Below the pieces are notes generated by a model that saw nothing but the letters and a program-made list of their open reading frames with translations, ran no database searches and was not told the DNA's origin. From Catajapyx aquilonaris (taxonomy: Eukaryota), in assembly GCA_000934665.2 (NCBI GenBank), contig KZ539042.1:1-35665 (forward strand): a stretch of DNA of 35,665 nt, in the 5' to 3' direction. Position numbers and translations under genes: made by a program. Below, one piece after another: positions 16,501 through 27,469 of the stretch (its first letter is position 1; each line of letters opens with the position of its first letter).

Positions 16501-19500
16501 AAACAGAGTGACACCTTGGATCGATGCTAGCTCAGTGTATGGCTCCTCTAGGATGTGGGCCACCACCCTCCGACGTCAGCATACAGGACTGATAGAGCCA
16601 GACGGACTGCTGGCTTCCGATGAGTCGGGCCTTTTCCCTGAATACAATTGGATGAATCTGGGATTTAATAATCATCCCACGTGCTTAAATCATTCATATT
16701 ATGATTTGTACAAGAGAGGATTCCCTTCGGGAAGACTGAAGGGATTCGGATATGCAAATGGCAATGAGAACCCGGCCATGTTTTCCATATCCACAATCTG
16801 GTTCAGGTGGCACAACGCTCTGGCCCGCTATATCAAGTCTAGGCACGAAAACCTTAACGGGGATATTCTCTTCCAAGAGGCCAGACGCTGGGTCATTGCC
16901 ACCATGCAGAGGGTCATTGCCTATGAATGGTACCCCACCATCTTCCTCAACCCATTGCCCAAATACACTGGGTACGACGTTTCCAGCGACCCACAGCTGG
17001 AGGTGGGAGTGGTTACCGCTGCCCTCAGATTTGGACACACCTACATTCCTAAAGGTTAGCCACGTAATACTCTTGTATCCTTATCCCTGTCCTTTGTCAC
17101 CTCTCATCATTCGGGTCTGCAGGTCTGCAGGTCTGCAGACTCCCATCAGAGTTCTTACACAGATTATTAACACCACCTATGCAGTGATTGTCGGGGAAGA
17201 TCGACGCATAACCGTCGATGACCTTGCCATAATGATTGGTACCTCCAGTGGTAGTGCCCACGCGATTTTTGAGTGACAATTTGCATTTGCGATGCGTTTG
17301 CATCCGATACGATGGGTCCCCCAGCCCCAAGCAGTTGACACGACAGGAGAGGCAGATGCGGGTGGAGGTTTGCAAAGAGTAATTGCAACGTCTTGTGGCC
17401 TCACGTGGTGACCAGTATCTGCTGGTCACAATCTTAGCATAACATGCACCTCCGTCGCTGTTTTCTTCAAACGGAAGCAGTACCTCAACGCTGAATTTTG
17501 GTCCTCACTATACCGACCTCCTTGCAGAGGGGAGGCTACCTCCGGTGTCACTGTCGCCTGGGATTGTGGAATATTCGTACAAAAATTGGTGATCTAATAC
17601 TTCAATCCATTTTGGACACGATGCCATTCACCGCGAGTCATGAACTAATTCTCTTTGTCACATAAACAATCAGTATCAATTAATTTTGACTGGCCCTCGT
17701 ACTTTCAACTTATTTTTTGCCTCTCCTGTAAAATTTATAAAATGGTATATTCGCCCCTTCTCCTTACTGCCGACGATATCGGACAGTAGCAACTACCTAC
17801 TACTTTTCTATTTCTAGCTATATACTACTGTTGTTATTATAATACTCGTAATATACATGACCACAATGTTACGTACGTAATAATTCGTGTGCATGTGTCT
17901 GTCGGCAGTGATCAACTTGAGGCTGCCTGCTAATCTGTCCTGCAAAGGTCACTCTTACTCAGTGGAGGGTAATGTGTTCACCAGAGGCGGAATTCGATTG
18001 TGCCAGTCATACTGGACAGGACAAGATGCTTTGTTTCAGTATCTGGAGAAGCCATCCGGAACGTTTGACACTCTTGGACCGGGTCATGTCCTGATGGGCC
18101 TGGCCAGCCAAGAGGCCAGGTCGGAAGGAAACGTGATGGTAGAAGATGTTCGAGGTGGACCTTGCAATTTTACACATACTCTATCACATGGCCATTTTTT
18201 TCTGACGGCATCCTGTTTTCCTTCCCAACTGTTAGAATACTTGTATGGACCGATGTCATTCAGTCGACGTGACCTGGCTGCCATTGACATTCAGAGAAAC
18301 AGAGATTTTGGAGTGCCAGATTATCATACCTGGAGAAAGCACTTTAACTTGCCCCCGCTGAAGAATCTTTTAGAGATTTCTGATAGTATTACTGGCCAAA
18401 TTGTCACCAGGAAGGTAGGTAGAAGAGGCATGGGCAGGAACAAGGAACACTCTCATTCTATGCACACGTTGTTGCCCCAGGGCAATGCACTTGATTTTTA
18501 ACTTAATAGAGTACCAATAGCGACATGAATGACTTGTACCTTGTCCAGGAGAAGAACAAACATACTGTTCTCTTGCCATTGCAGCTCTTAGAAAAGGCTG
18601 AAGAACTTTACAAGGGAGGCCTGGTCGATTTGTATGTGGGAGGAACACTGGAGAGCCGAGGGGAAGTTCCAGGCCCCTTGTTTGATGCCATGATAAACAA
18701 AGATTTTGCAGCTATAAGAGATGGGGACTTCTACTGGTACGAGAACAAATTCTCAGGGTACGTACACCTGTCATAGACATAAAAGAAGGAAGTGTTTGTG
18801 ATTCACATTAGCAGAAATAGCAACTCAATTGTTGGCAGTGGACCACACTTTGAGAATCACTGACTTAATGGCCCTTATATTGACTGTGCAGGAAAGTCTG
18901 CCATGGAACAACTATTCCATGGTAAATGGTAATGTACTATCAGGTTCAAATACTTTTGGCCACTTTATCCTGGTCTTGAAGCAACCCTTCGCACAGACCT
19001 CACGTTAAGGAGGTGTGCGTGTGTGTGAAGGGTTGCTTCAAGACCAGGATAAAGTGGCCAAAAGTATTTGAACCCGATAGTACACTATGTAAAATGCTAA
19101 TATATTGCAGGAACAAGTTGCCTTATGAGTTACCTTACCTATGCTGTTCAGGCTCGATCCATATAAACCGATAACACCGAGCAAAATGATCTGAAAGACT
19201 GGTTGCAAAATTACAGAAGGTTCTGTAACGTGGAACAGGGAACAGGGCGCTTCAGAAATGTCTCACCAAGTCCGGATGGCAAAACCAGACATCTAACAAT
19301 ATTGAAAGTTTTTATTTGTCGTACTCACAAATGTTCCTTTTCTGTCACACACCTGATTTTTCTGGCCAGGTATATAATATATAAATGGACACACACCGAC
19401 TGAAGCCAGGTAGCAATGGCTTCCACCAGTCGAGAACACTAACTTCTCCCTCGTCGAGAAGGCAAAAAGCAAGCTTGGAGGAAAATTTATTATGTTCATA

Positions 19501-21535
19501 GTATGTTCATAGGGAAAACCTCTTCCTAAAAATTAGAGGCAGATAAATCGTCAAATTCCGAACGTTGGGATGTAGGCTACACCGTACATAGTACATGAGC
19601 CAAAATAGTAGGGCAAAGTTGCAGGTTTACTGGAGTACATGGGGCTACACCACTGGTACGACACCGGTGTACAGTAGCCTACTGCATAGTCACCCCTGAG
19701 ACCAACATATTATTTACTTCATTGGCCTTAGTTACATTGCCTCCTGTAATAAACCAAATCTGCAACCAGTCGTCTGGATCTTTTTTCGCGGTATACGGTG
19801 CCATATTCTCACCACTGGAATACATTCATAGGCACTTCTCGACTGAAGAGATTGAACGCATCAACCAGGTGCGATTTAGCGACATCATCTTGTACGTCAC
19901 ATCGTTGACTCATGACGACATCCAGGAAAACGTATTTGCTTTGGAAAGCATTGGTAAAAGTGTGATGAAGATGAATGATGACTGGAATTTTTCACTCTAT
20001 TACTATTTCAGAGAATCTGAATTACAAGTGCAAGAAAGTGTTTGGCGAGACAAGGAAGCGTTGCCACAGGCCAGAATGGCCCGAGGATGGCAAATTATGC
20101 TACCACATGCCAGAGTATGACGGACCAGATGAGGTGGAGCCTTGTAATCCCCTGCGACAACATGACTACACCTACGGCATCGTCTTGGGTATATCTTTGA
20201 GTGCCATAGTCCTCTTTGTAATCCTGATGGTCATGGTGGGCATGCTCAAGTGGAAGGTGGCCACCTCTATCCTGCAACAGTACAAATTCACTCTGCTGCT
20301 GCTGAGCAAGATGGGCAAGATGGACGCCTCCTCTAGACATGTGCGCTCTTTCGAAGCGTTGGAGTTCATGGGAGTGAAGAATGGCTCCAGACGTGTTGTA
20401 GTACTTCTCAACATGAAGAAACGCGCCATAGAGTTGTGGGGCTCTCTGGGAGAACAGCTGAGGGTGCTGCCACTCAGCATGTTCAAAAATATCGACATGA
20501 TCCTGGGAACAGATGGGCAGCACCTCGTCATCAAGGTATGGCAAAGAATGGACACATTGATAGGTCTTGTGATGAGAGAGTGGGCATCTGAGGAGATAAA
20601 CAAATTGCAGTAACGAGTGGGGTCGTTTTAGTACTTCTATTATTGTACGTTGGTGGTGAAGGGTATAAGTGTTAACCAAGCCTCATGTGGTGTCGTTGCA
20701 GGTGCCGTATGAATACGATGTTGTGCTTCAGTTCATCCTGACGGAACATCGCGATCAGGCGCTGAATGTGATGAATCTCTTTCTGAAAGATACCAGAGTT
20801 TCAGCTCTGTTTCAGTCATGGACGCTCTATAAGACACTGAAGCACACTGTCACCTACGACGACCGCCAGATCATTCTCAATAACTTCTTTACCTATATGA
20901 GTATCCAAGCACAGACTATTTATAAGACTGGTGCAATATGGAATCCTGGAGAGCTCAAAAGGAGGTACGCCCAGATCGAACACGTGAAACTGAACAAGAC
21001 GGAGTTTGCAGAGGCACTTGGGATCACCTCCAATTCCAATTTCTTTAAGAAGGTGGGTGCATGGTGGTGATTTATAGAGGAATGCACGGGATGGGGCACT
21101 GTCCATGTCCACAGCAGTCAAGCACAGGGTTTCGTTTCTCATTCGGAGTACATTTTGTGTCTGCCAGGGGACATCTCACATTTAGCTGGTGCTGTTCACT
21201 GTTCACTGTAGTTTTTTCTTGAAATAAATAACGTCCCCTGAATCTGAGACACGATATGCCGTATATCCGACCTGGAAGAGCGACACGGTGGCGGAGTGGT
21301 TAGCGCCACAGCCTTCCACCTCTAAGGTCCCGAGTTCGATCCCTGGGTCGGACGGAGGACACTTATGTGGATAGAGTTTCGATGGGTTCTCTCCGTGTTT
21401 GCATGGGTTTTCTCGGGGTTCTCACGTTTCCTCCAACAATCAAAATCCATCACAGCAAAGGCAATGATTAGAGACGGTTCGCGAAAAGATAATCCCCTAA
21501 GAGGCCCAAAGAGACCTATCACGGGGTATCCATTA

Positions 21536-21590
<55 letters not shown>

Positions 21591-24500
21591 GGCAACAATG
21601 AATCTGACAATTAATAACAAAGGAAAACTTGTACCTGAAACTGAATCTTGTGTTCTGCTGGACTTGGAATGGCACCACCTTGATGTACATTGAAGAATAA
21701 CTACGACACTTCTTCTGCACTCATTTCAGTTGTTCCCGCTGATAGCAGGCACAAAGTCTTCATACATTGGTGCACGCGAATTCCGAGACTTTTTCCTCGC
21801 CTTCAGTCGAGGTAACTGTCAATCTGAGGCTGCAGCTAAAGGAGTATTTTCAACCCAGCAAATGCACGAGTTTAACAAAATAACTTAATGAAACACTTTC
21901 TTTGTGCAGGGCCGGTTAAAAGCAAAATCTACATATTGTTTGACATGCACGACATAGAAGGAAGAGGACGGCTCAACTTTGACCAGTTTCAGGACTTGCT
22001 CATGTGAGTGAACTTCATCGTTATCGGCAGTGGCTATTAGTCAATTGAACATGAGTAAAACTTGATTGATTACTCACTCTAGACACTCAGGGCACTAGTT
22101 GATTTATATGGACCCATTGGTGATGGGAATGTGCATGAGCAAATGATCCATCTCGTTTGATAACCCTTTCAATAAATTACTGTAGCACAATGTAGTTACA
22201 AAGGAACCACCCTGTGCATTACAGGAACTTGGCAGAGATTTCCATGAATCGTCTCACAGAGGAGGATCTCAATTCTGCCGTGGACGAGCTGATGAAGGAG
22301 GCCGAAAAATACGACGTGGTAAGTGCATCATCGGACCAGATGCAAAGACTCATCAACTTCCATGCTCTTTCAGACCAGTTGACTATGTTTTTGTTTTGCT
22401 CTGGAGGGTTTGATTTGTCATGAGGGGTTTTCACTATGCTTTCACTGTTAACAGGATGAGTTTCGAGCCAGAGATCTGAAGGAGCTCCTTCAGGTACACG
22501 GAGACATCATTGGGTTAGCTAACCTGGACCTCCATGGACCCAATGTTCCCGAGAGGGATTTATATAAGGAGAAGGCCCTCGAACAAAACATGAGTAACTT
22601 CGATGCTGCCATGATGGCAGCGTCTGACCTCCATGACACGGTTTTGTATGTGTGCACTTATCCTAATAACGTATTATTATATCTCTCACAACTTAATCAG
22701 TTTATGGTAACAGAGACTCCAAAGGGTAAAATAATATCATATTCACTCAGTTAAAGCAAACTCCCTGTTTACAGGTCTAGGAGAAATGATCCAGTTGACA
22801 CAGAATACCCTTCCATCGTTGTCAAGACGGATGTTAGGAGACTGAGTCGCATAGGTCGGATGATCTTTGACATCAAATTGAAGTGGCATCAGTACATGTT
22901 CATCCTGATAGTACTGGTTAGCAGCGCCTGCACCACAGCTTACTATCTGATTGGTTAGTACACAGGGTGGTTCACTGAACGATTGTCCAGTTTGAGAGGC
23001 GGGACAGGGAGGGAAACAGGGAAAAGAATGTGACTTGTTTATCCTCTCAGTCATTTGATAGGAATGTAAGCCTTTGGTGATCATTTAATTGTGGTAATTG
23101 TTGCTTCTCTTGTCAACTGGTTGTTGGTATGTAAGCATACACAATCGTCTTTAGTCAGTCCCCTCTTGGATTGAGACAGTCCACTGCCTTGAAATTATTG
23201 TTCTCGTCGTGATTCAGTCTTGTAACCACAATGGAATGTACTTTTCTTGCCTCTCAGAGAGTGACAGCACACCGGAGAGGACTTTTCTCCACGAATATTT
23301 GGGTGTGACAGCCATGCTGCCCAGGGCAACTGGCTCTGCCATTCTATTACTATATTCCATTTTGCCAATTACTACTGCTCGGATCTTGAATACATATTTG
23401 CGTAATACTGAGCTACGGCACATCTTCCCGTTCGATGCCATGATTGATGTACACAAGGCCATTGCCTGGATTGCCGCTGCTTATGCAGGTAAGTCTCAGT
23501 TTAAGTATTCATGAGACTGTAACTCCTTAGGGCAAATTTGGGTTGTTTGTAATAGTGTAAGAAGTAGTTGGTTTAGTGTGTGTTGCTTGTGCTCTCAATT
23601 GACTCAATTTGATATTTTTGTGTTATTCAGCGGTTCACTCAATACTCAGCATTGTGTACTTCGCTACGTTGACATCCAAGGAGCCTGCCTACCTCGAGTG
23701 CCTTGTGAACTACTTGGATGAAGAGTAAGCCATTGCCATTATGGGTGTCTAACAATATGCGCGTCCAGAAATTTGTTAGCTAGATTGTTTTGAGTATGAT
23801 GCTGAAAGAGAACCACTGTATTAGAGTACAATCATAGTGTAATATTAGTCTCTCGCCTAATCCATTAATTTTTTGTCTTCGCTTAGGAAAGGCGAAAGAG
23901 GCAACTTCAACGACTGGCTCTTGAGAACCTGGACAGGAACAACGGGATGTGTCTTGGTCATTCTTCTGATGATAATTCACCTCTATTCCATGCCCAGCTT
24001 CCGTCGCCAAGCGTTCCGGTGGTTTTGGGTGTCCCACATGGCCCACGCCCTGTTTTATCCATTCCTCCTGGTCCATTCCACTGCCCACTTCATGAGGGTA
24101 TGCCACCCTTTTGTGTGACCCGTGACCTTGTTGGAGATACACTCCCTTATTCCCCACCTGTCTCCATTTCAGATCCCTACCCTTGCAAATCCCGTGATGG
24201 TTTCATTGCTGGTCTACGTTATAGACCACTTATTAAGAATGCGCAGACATGTGATCGCTCTGGATGTGGCGAGTTTTTTCCTGCTGCCTTCCAGTAATTA
24301 ATTATTACTGTATTTATTGTTATTGTTATACACAGAGTGGTGCCTGCCTAAAGGTACAGCACATTCTCACGAATTCAATGGACCAATGTGGGACAAAAAA
24401 GAATGCCGAGTCGTTTTTTGCCATAATCATCCGAAATTGGAAAACAAATCGCAATATAATTATGTAGTTTTTCGCGAAAGGAAAGAGAGTCAGCCGTGCA

Positions 24501-26298
24501 GAAGGGTTGATAAGGGAATTTGTGAGAATGAGATTTGAGTTGAAACACTCGACAATGCGGCAGGGAAAAATGTGATGGATTACTCCCTCCAATTGCACAT
24601 CCACGTTCTCGTTGAAATATATCGATATGAACATGGGACTGCAGAGTGCAAGTACAAATTCTGGAGTAAGTGATTCAGCATGTCCTTCCCATTGTTGAAG
24701 GTGTCAACTTAGGGAACCACAGTAATTAACCATTGTTCAAACAGGTCTAATTAGTATAGGTCAGCGTCACAAAGACTGACTGTTCCACCCTCTCTCCGTG
24801 AACAGATACTTTCAAGTTATATGTGAAGAAACCGTTGTACTTTACCTTCAAGCCTGGCCAGTGGATCAGGTTGTCCTGCGCAGCTTTAAATCCAGACGAG
24901 TTCCACCCTCTCACCATAGCCTCCATGCCAAATTATGATTATTTGGAGTTTTACGTGCAGGTGGTTGGGCCTTGGACACACAATTTAAGGAGAGTCTACA
25001 ATTCACGAAAACTGCAAAAGAAGTTGTATCCCAAGGTGCGTTATGCTGTCAACTATAGTCTAGCCCTCATGGGAACTGGGGTTTGGGTAATTCATTTACC
25101 ATCATGTAGGCACCATAGCCAAGCAAACAAATTGTATAAATGGTCGTGAAATGCATGGTGTTGCAAGAGATGCCTATTTCATAACGGACTTGGGTTTCTT
25201 GCGAATTTCTATAACGCAAAATGACTCCAGATATGACCGCTTTATGACAGAGATAATCGCAAGCTAGAGGAGTTTTTTCATATACAGTAGATATCTGCAA
25301 TGAACCAAAGTCTCGAAGTACGGCACCTTTCCGTATGTTATTATACACACTACTTTCAGAACATTTTCTTTTCCAGGTTTACATTGAAGGGCCATTTGGA
25401 CCCGACAGGCATTGGCGTGACTATGACGTTGCAATCATGATAGCAAATGACGATAAAGTCATTTCATTCATCTCGGCTATAAAGGAGGCCGTTCACTATG
25501 GAAACGGAACACTGCCCATACAATGCCGCAAGGTAAGTTATGTTCAAGTTTTCTTCCGATGCTGTAATCTCATGGAATATTGTTGTTTTCAGATGTACTT
25601 CCTGTGGTCGACCACTAACCAAAATCAGTTGGAGTGGGTTGTAGCAACTCTGGCACAATTGGATGAGCGTGACCCACGCCGGTTCCTCTCGCCTCACATT
25701 TGTATCACAGAGTCAGCGGACAGGTACGACTTTAGGACTTTAATGCTGTATCTATGCGAGGAGCATTTCTTCAAGGTGCGAGGGAGGTCCCTCTTCACTG
25801 GTCTGAGGACAATAACACATTTTGGAAAGCCGTCGATTAAGTCGTTTTTGACGTCCATAAGAAAAATTCAAAGGGTGAGTAGCTGATTTCCTATGCAACT
25901 ATGGGGTCTGTTTCCATAGCACCGAAGAAACTGGACTTAGGTCTTAACCATGTGACTATTTGGATGCTAGACACAGTGTTGCCAACCTAGATATACACAT
26001 TCTGACGTCTGATGATTGCATGTCACCACGTAATCGACTGTTGGTAATAAGCCTATGTGTCCAGAATGGGTCAGCTTCTTTAGTGCTGTGGTAATGAACC
26101 CTTACTTTTAGATTGTGATTGTACAGTACTATATGTATTTATTACACCCTGTTCCTTGTTGGGTTGTGGCAGGTGCAGTCCTACTGCGTTTTCCATGCAG
26201 GAGACCACCAGACCAAGAGGGAAATCATCGACATCATTTGCAGTCTTAATGAAGTGACCAGAGGAATAAGCCAATTTGAATTCGTGTCTGTCAAGTGA
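13551..26298 (+). CDS. Duox: Dual oxidase-like protein, about 1653 aa, 23 exons: 13551-13668, 13741-13971, 15267-15449, 16311-17054, 17909-18154, 18236-18414, 18585-18757, 19832-19953, 20012-20535, 20702-21052, 21730-21811, 21910-22003, 22225-22318, 22455-22645, 22775-22953, 23258-23488, 23631-23724, 23887-24097, 24173-24293, 24806-25035, 25377-25532, 25593-25874, 26173-26298
   Basis: Signal peptide, heme-peroxidase homology domain (NRVTPWIDASSVYGSS, WFRWHNALA, RFGH, RRDLAAIDIQRNRDFGVPDY, IRDGDFYWYEN), TM helix, VPYEYDVVL/EFAEALG cytosolic segment, EF-hand-like pair, ferric-reductase TM region with His pairs 14 and 13 residues apart, FAD motif (FKPGQWIRL...EFHPLTIAS), EGPFG, YDFRTLMLYLCEEHF...LFTGLRTITHFGKP. 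All introns are GT-AG; exons sum to 4962 nt with no internal stop. The start could be a later ATG in exon 1. Confidence 0.95.
17150..17425 (+). pseudogene. Decayed mariner transposase fragment in Duox intron 4
   Basis: EDRRITVDDLAIMIGTSSGSAHAI / LSDNLHLRCVCIR / WVP / KQLTRQERQMRVEVCKE*LQR across frameshifts: the second HTH plus the WVPxxL linker of mariner transposases. Confidence 0.8.
18937..19080. mobile_element. Small TA-flanked foldback MITE in Duox intron 7
   Basis: TA|CTATCAGGTTCAAATACTTTTGGCCAC...GTGGCCAAAAGTATTTGAACCCGATAG|TA; about 60-bp arms. Confidence 0.9.
21278..21590 (+). mobile_element. tRNA-derived SINE with V-domain-like core and (ATT)n tail in Duox intron 10
   Basis: A box TGGCGGAGTGG, B box GAGTTCGATCC, central gttctctccgtgtttgcatgggttttctcggggttctcacgtttcctccaaca resembling the V-SINE conserved domain (from memory), then a 3' tail ending in (ATT)n. 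Confidence 0.85.
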
Positions 26299-26328
26299 AG
26301 AGTGACTCATCAACTTCAATTATTTTCA

Positions 26329-26638
26329 GTCCCGGAAAGCAACTTCTGTTTTTTTTAAAAAAAACAACTAGAATAACAACAATGCGCCTCCAGAATTTTA
26401 TTATACACTATAGCTGAAACACGAAAACGCTCATTGAGCGAAAATAACGACCAGAACGCATAATGGTCACTTTGAAATAACCAGAATGCATAATGGTTTG
26501 AAATAATCAGAACGCGTTGTGGTCGTTTTTTCGCCCAATGAGCGTTTACGGTGTTTTAGCTTAACATATAAGTTATAATAAAATTATAGAGCCGCATTTC
26601 TGTTTTTCTAATAAAAAGCGGAAGTTACTGTCTGGATT
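26329..26638. mobile_element. Degenerate foldback element just after the Duox stop codon
   Basis: aaacgctcattgagcgaaaataacgacca pairs with tggtcgttttttcgcccaatgagcgttt; outer cccggaaagcaacttctg pairs with cggaagttactgtctgga; short tandem duplication in the loop. Confidence 0.7.
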
Positions 26639-26764
26639 ACCCTCGTATTTATGTTCCCCTTGTTTAATGGCATGTTGGTCTAGAAACCCCCCTCGTTTTA
26701 CAAGCACTTTCATTCAAGTATTGTGCCTGTAACGTTTTTTTTGTGCTAATGTTCATTTTCACAC

Positions 26765-26770
26765 AATAAA
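26765..26770 (+). terminator. Candidate Duox polyadenylation signal
   Basis: AATAAA about 470 nt after TGA; another AATAAA lies near 26610 inside the foldback. Confidence 0.4.
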
Positions 26771-27469
26771 TGTTTGATAAAAATTCTGGTCCTCTGACTA
26801 TTCACTGAACGTCAATATTTGCCTCATTTTTCGAGATTCACAAAACATTCTAGGACTATTACAGTTAATATTATTTTATTCCCATAGTTTGCATTTTTAT
26901 GGTGTAACTTGGCAATTGGAGGCCTTTATGCACAAAGGAACCAGACGCCATTTTCTTTACTTGTGGCAGCAGCCATATTAATGTAATATAGGTCCAGTGC
27001 CGTATATTCACTTGACATTCAGTGACCATCGATATTGAACAATTTATAGGACTGGTAGGTCTACTGTTATAACTTGTCCTTTCATAACTCCCGGTGTTCA
27101 TAGTTGATATGAGTGATGTGAGAAAGGTAGTTTTTTTGTTTATGAGCATGTGCACAGTGGCCTGAATATGTGAAAAATCGGATTTTTTAAACAGTGGGTA
27201 TACAGTTTAAAAAGTATAATATGACATTATCAACACCTATGTGCGTCACAAATGAGCAGTAAGTAAACAGAGCTGGACTTTAAACCGAGTGTTTTATTTC
27301 AGTTTGTGATGTACTGATGTAAAATTTACAACATTCACTAGAATTTTTCGATTCCTCACAGGTAGAATGTAAGATTGCAAGCGCCTTTGCTAATGTTTCG
27401 CATATCAATTTTTTAGCTACTAGATTCTGAACATGGAACCTGACTGCCAACAGATGAGCCGAGCCCCCT

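Noticed and set aside
16171..20679. Long antisense ORFs over Duox exons
   Set aside because: Shadow ORFs of coding sequence with no recognisable motifs.
13551..26298. Duox as a conventional pseudogene, or a linked DuoxA maturation factor
   Set aside because: No stops or frameshifts across 23 exons, and no DuoxA-like sequence recognised in the window.
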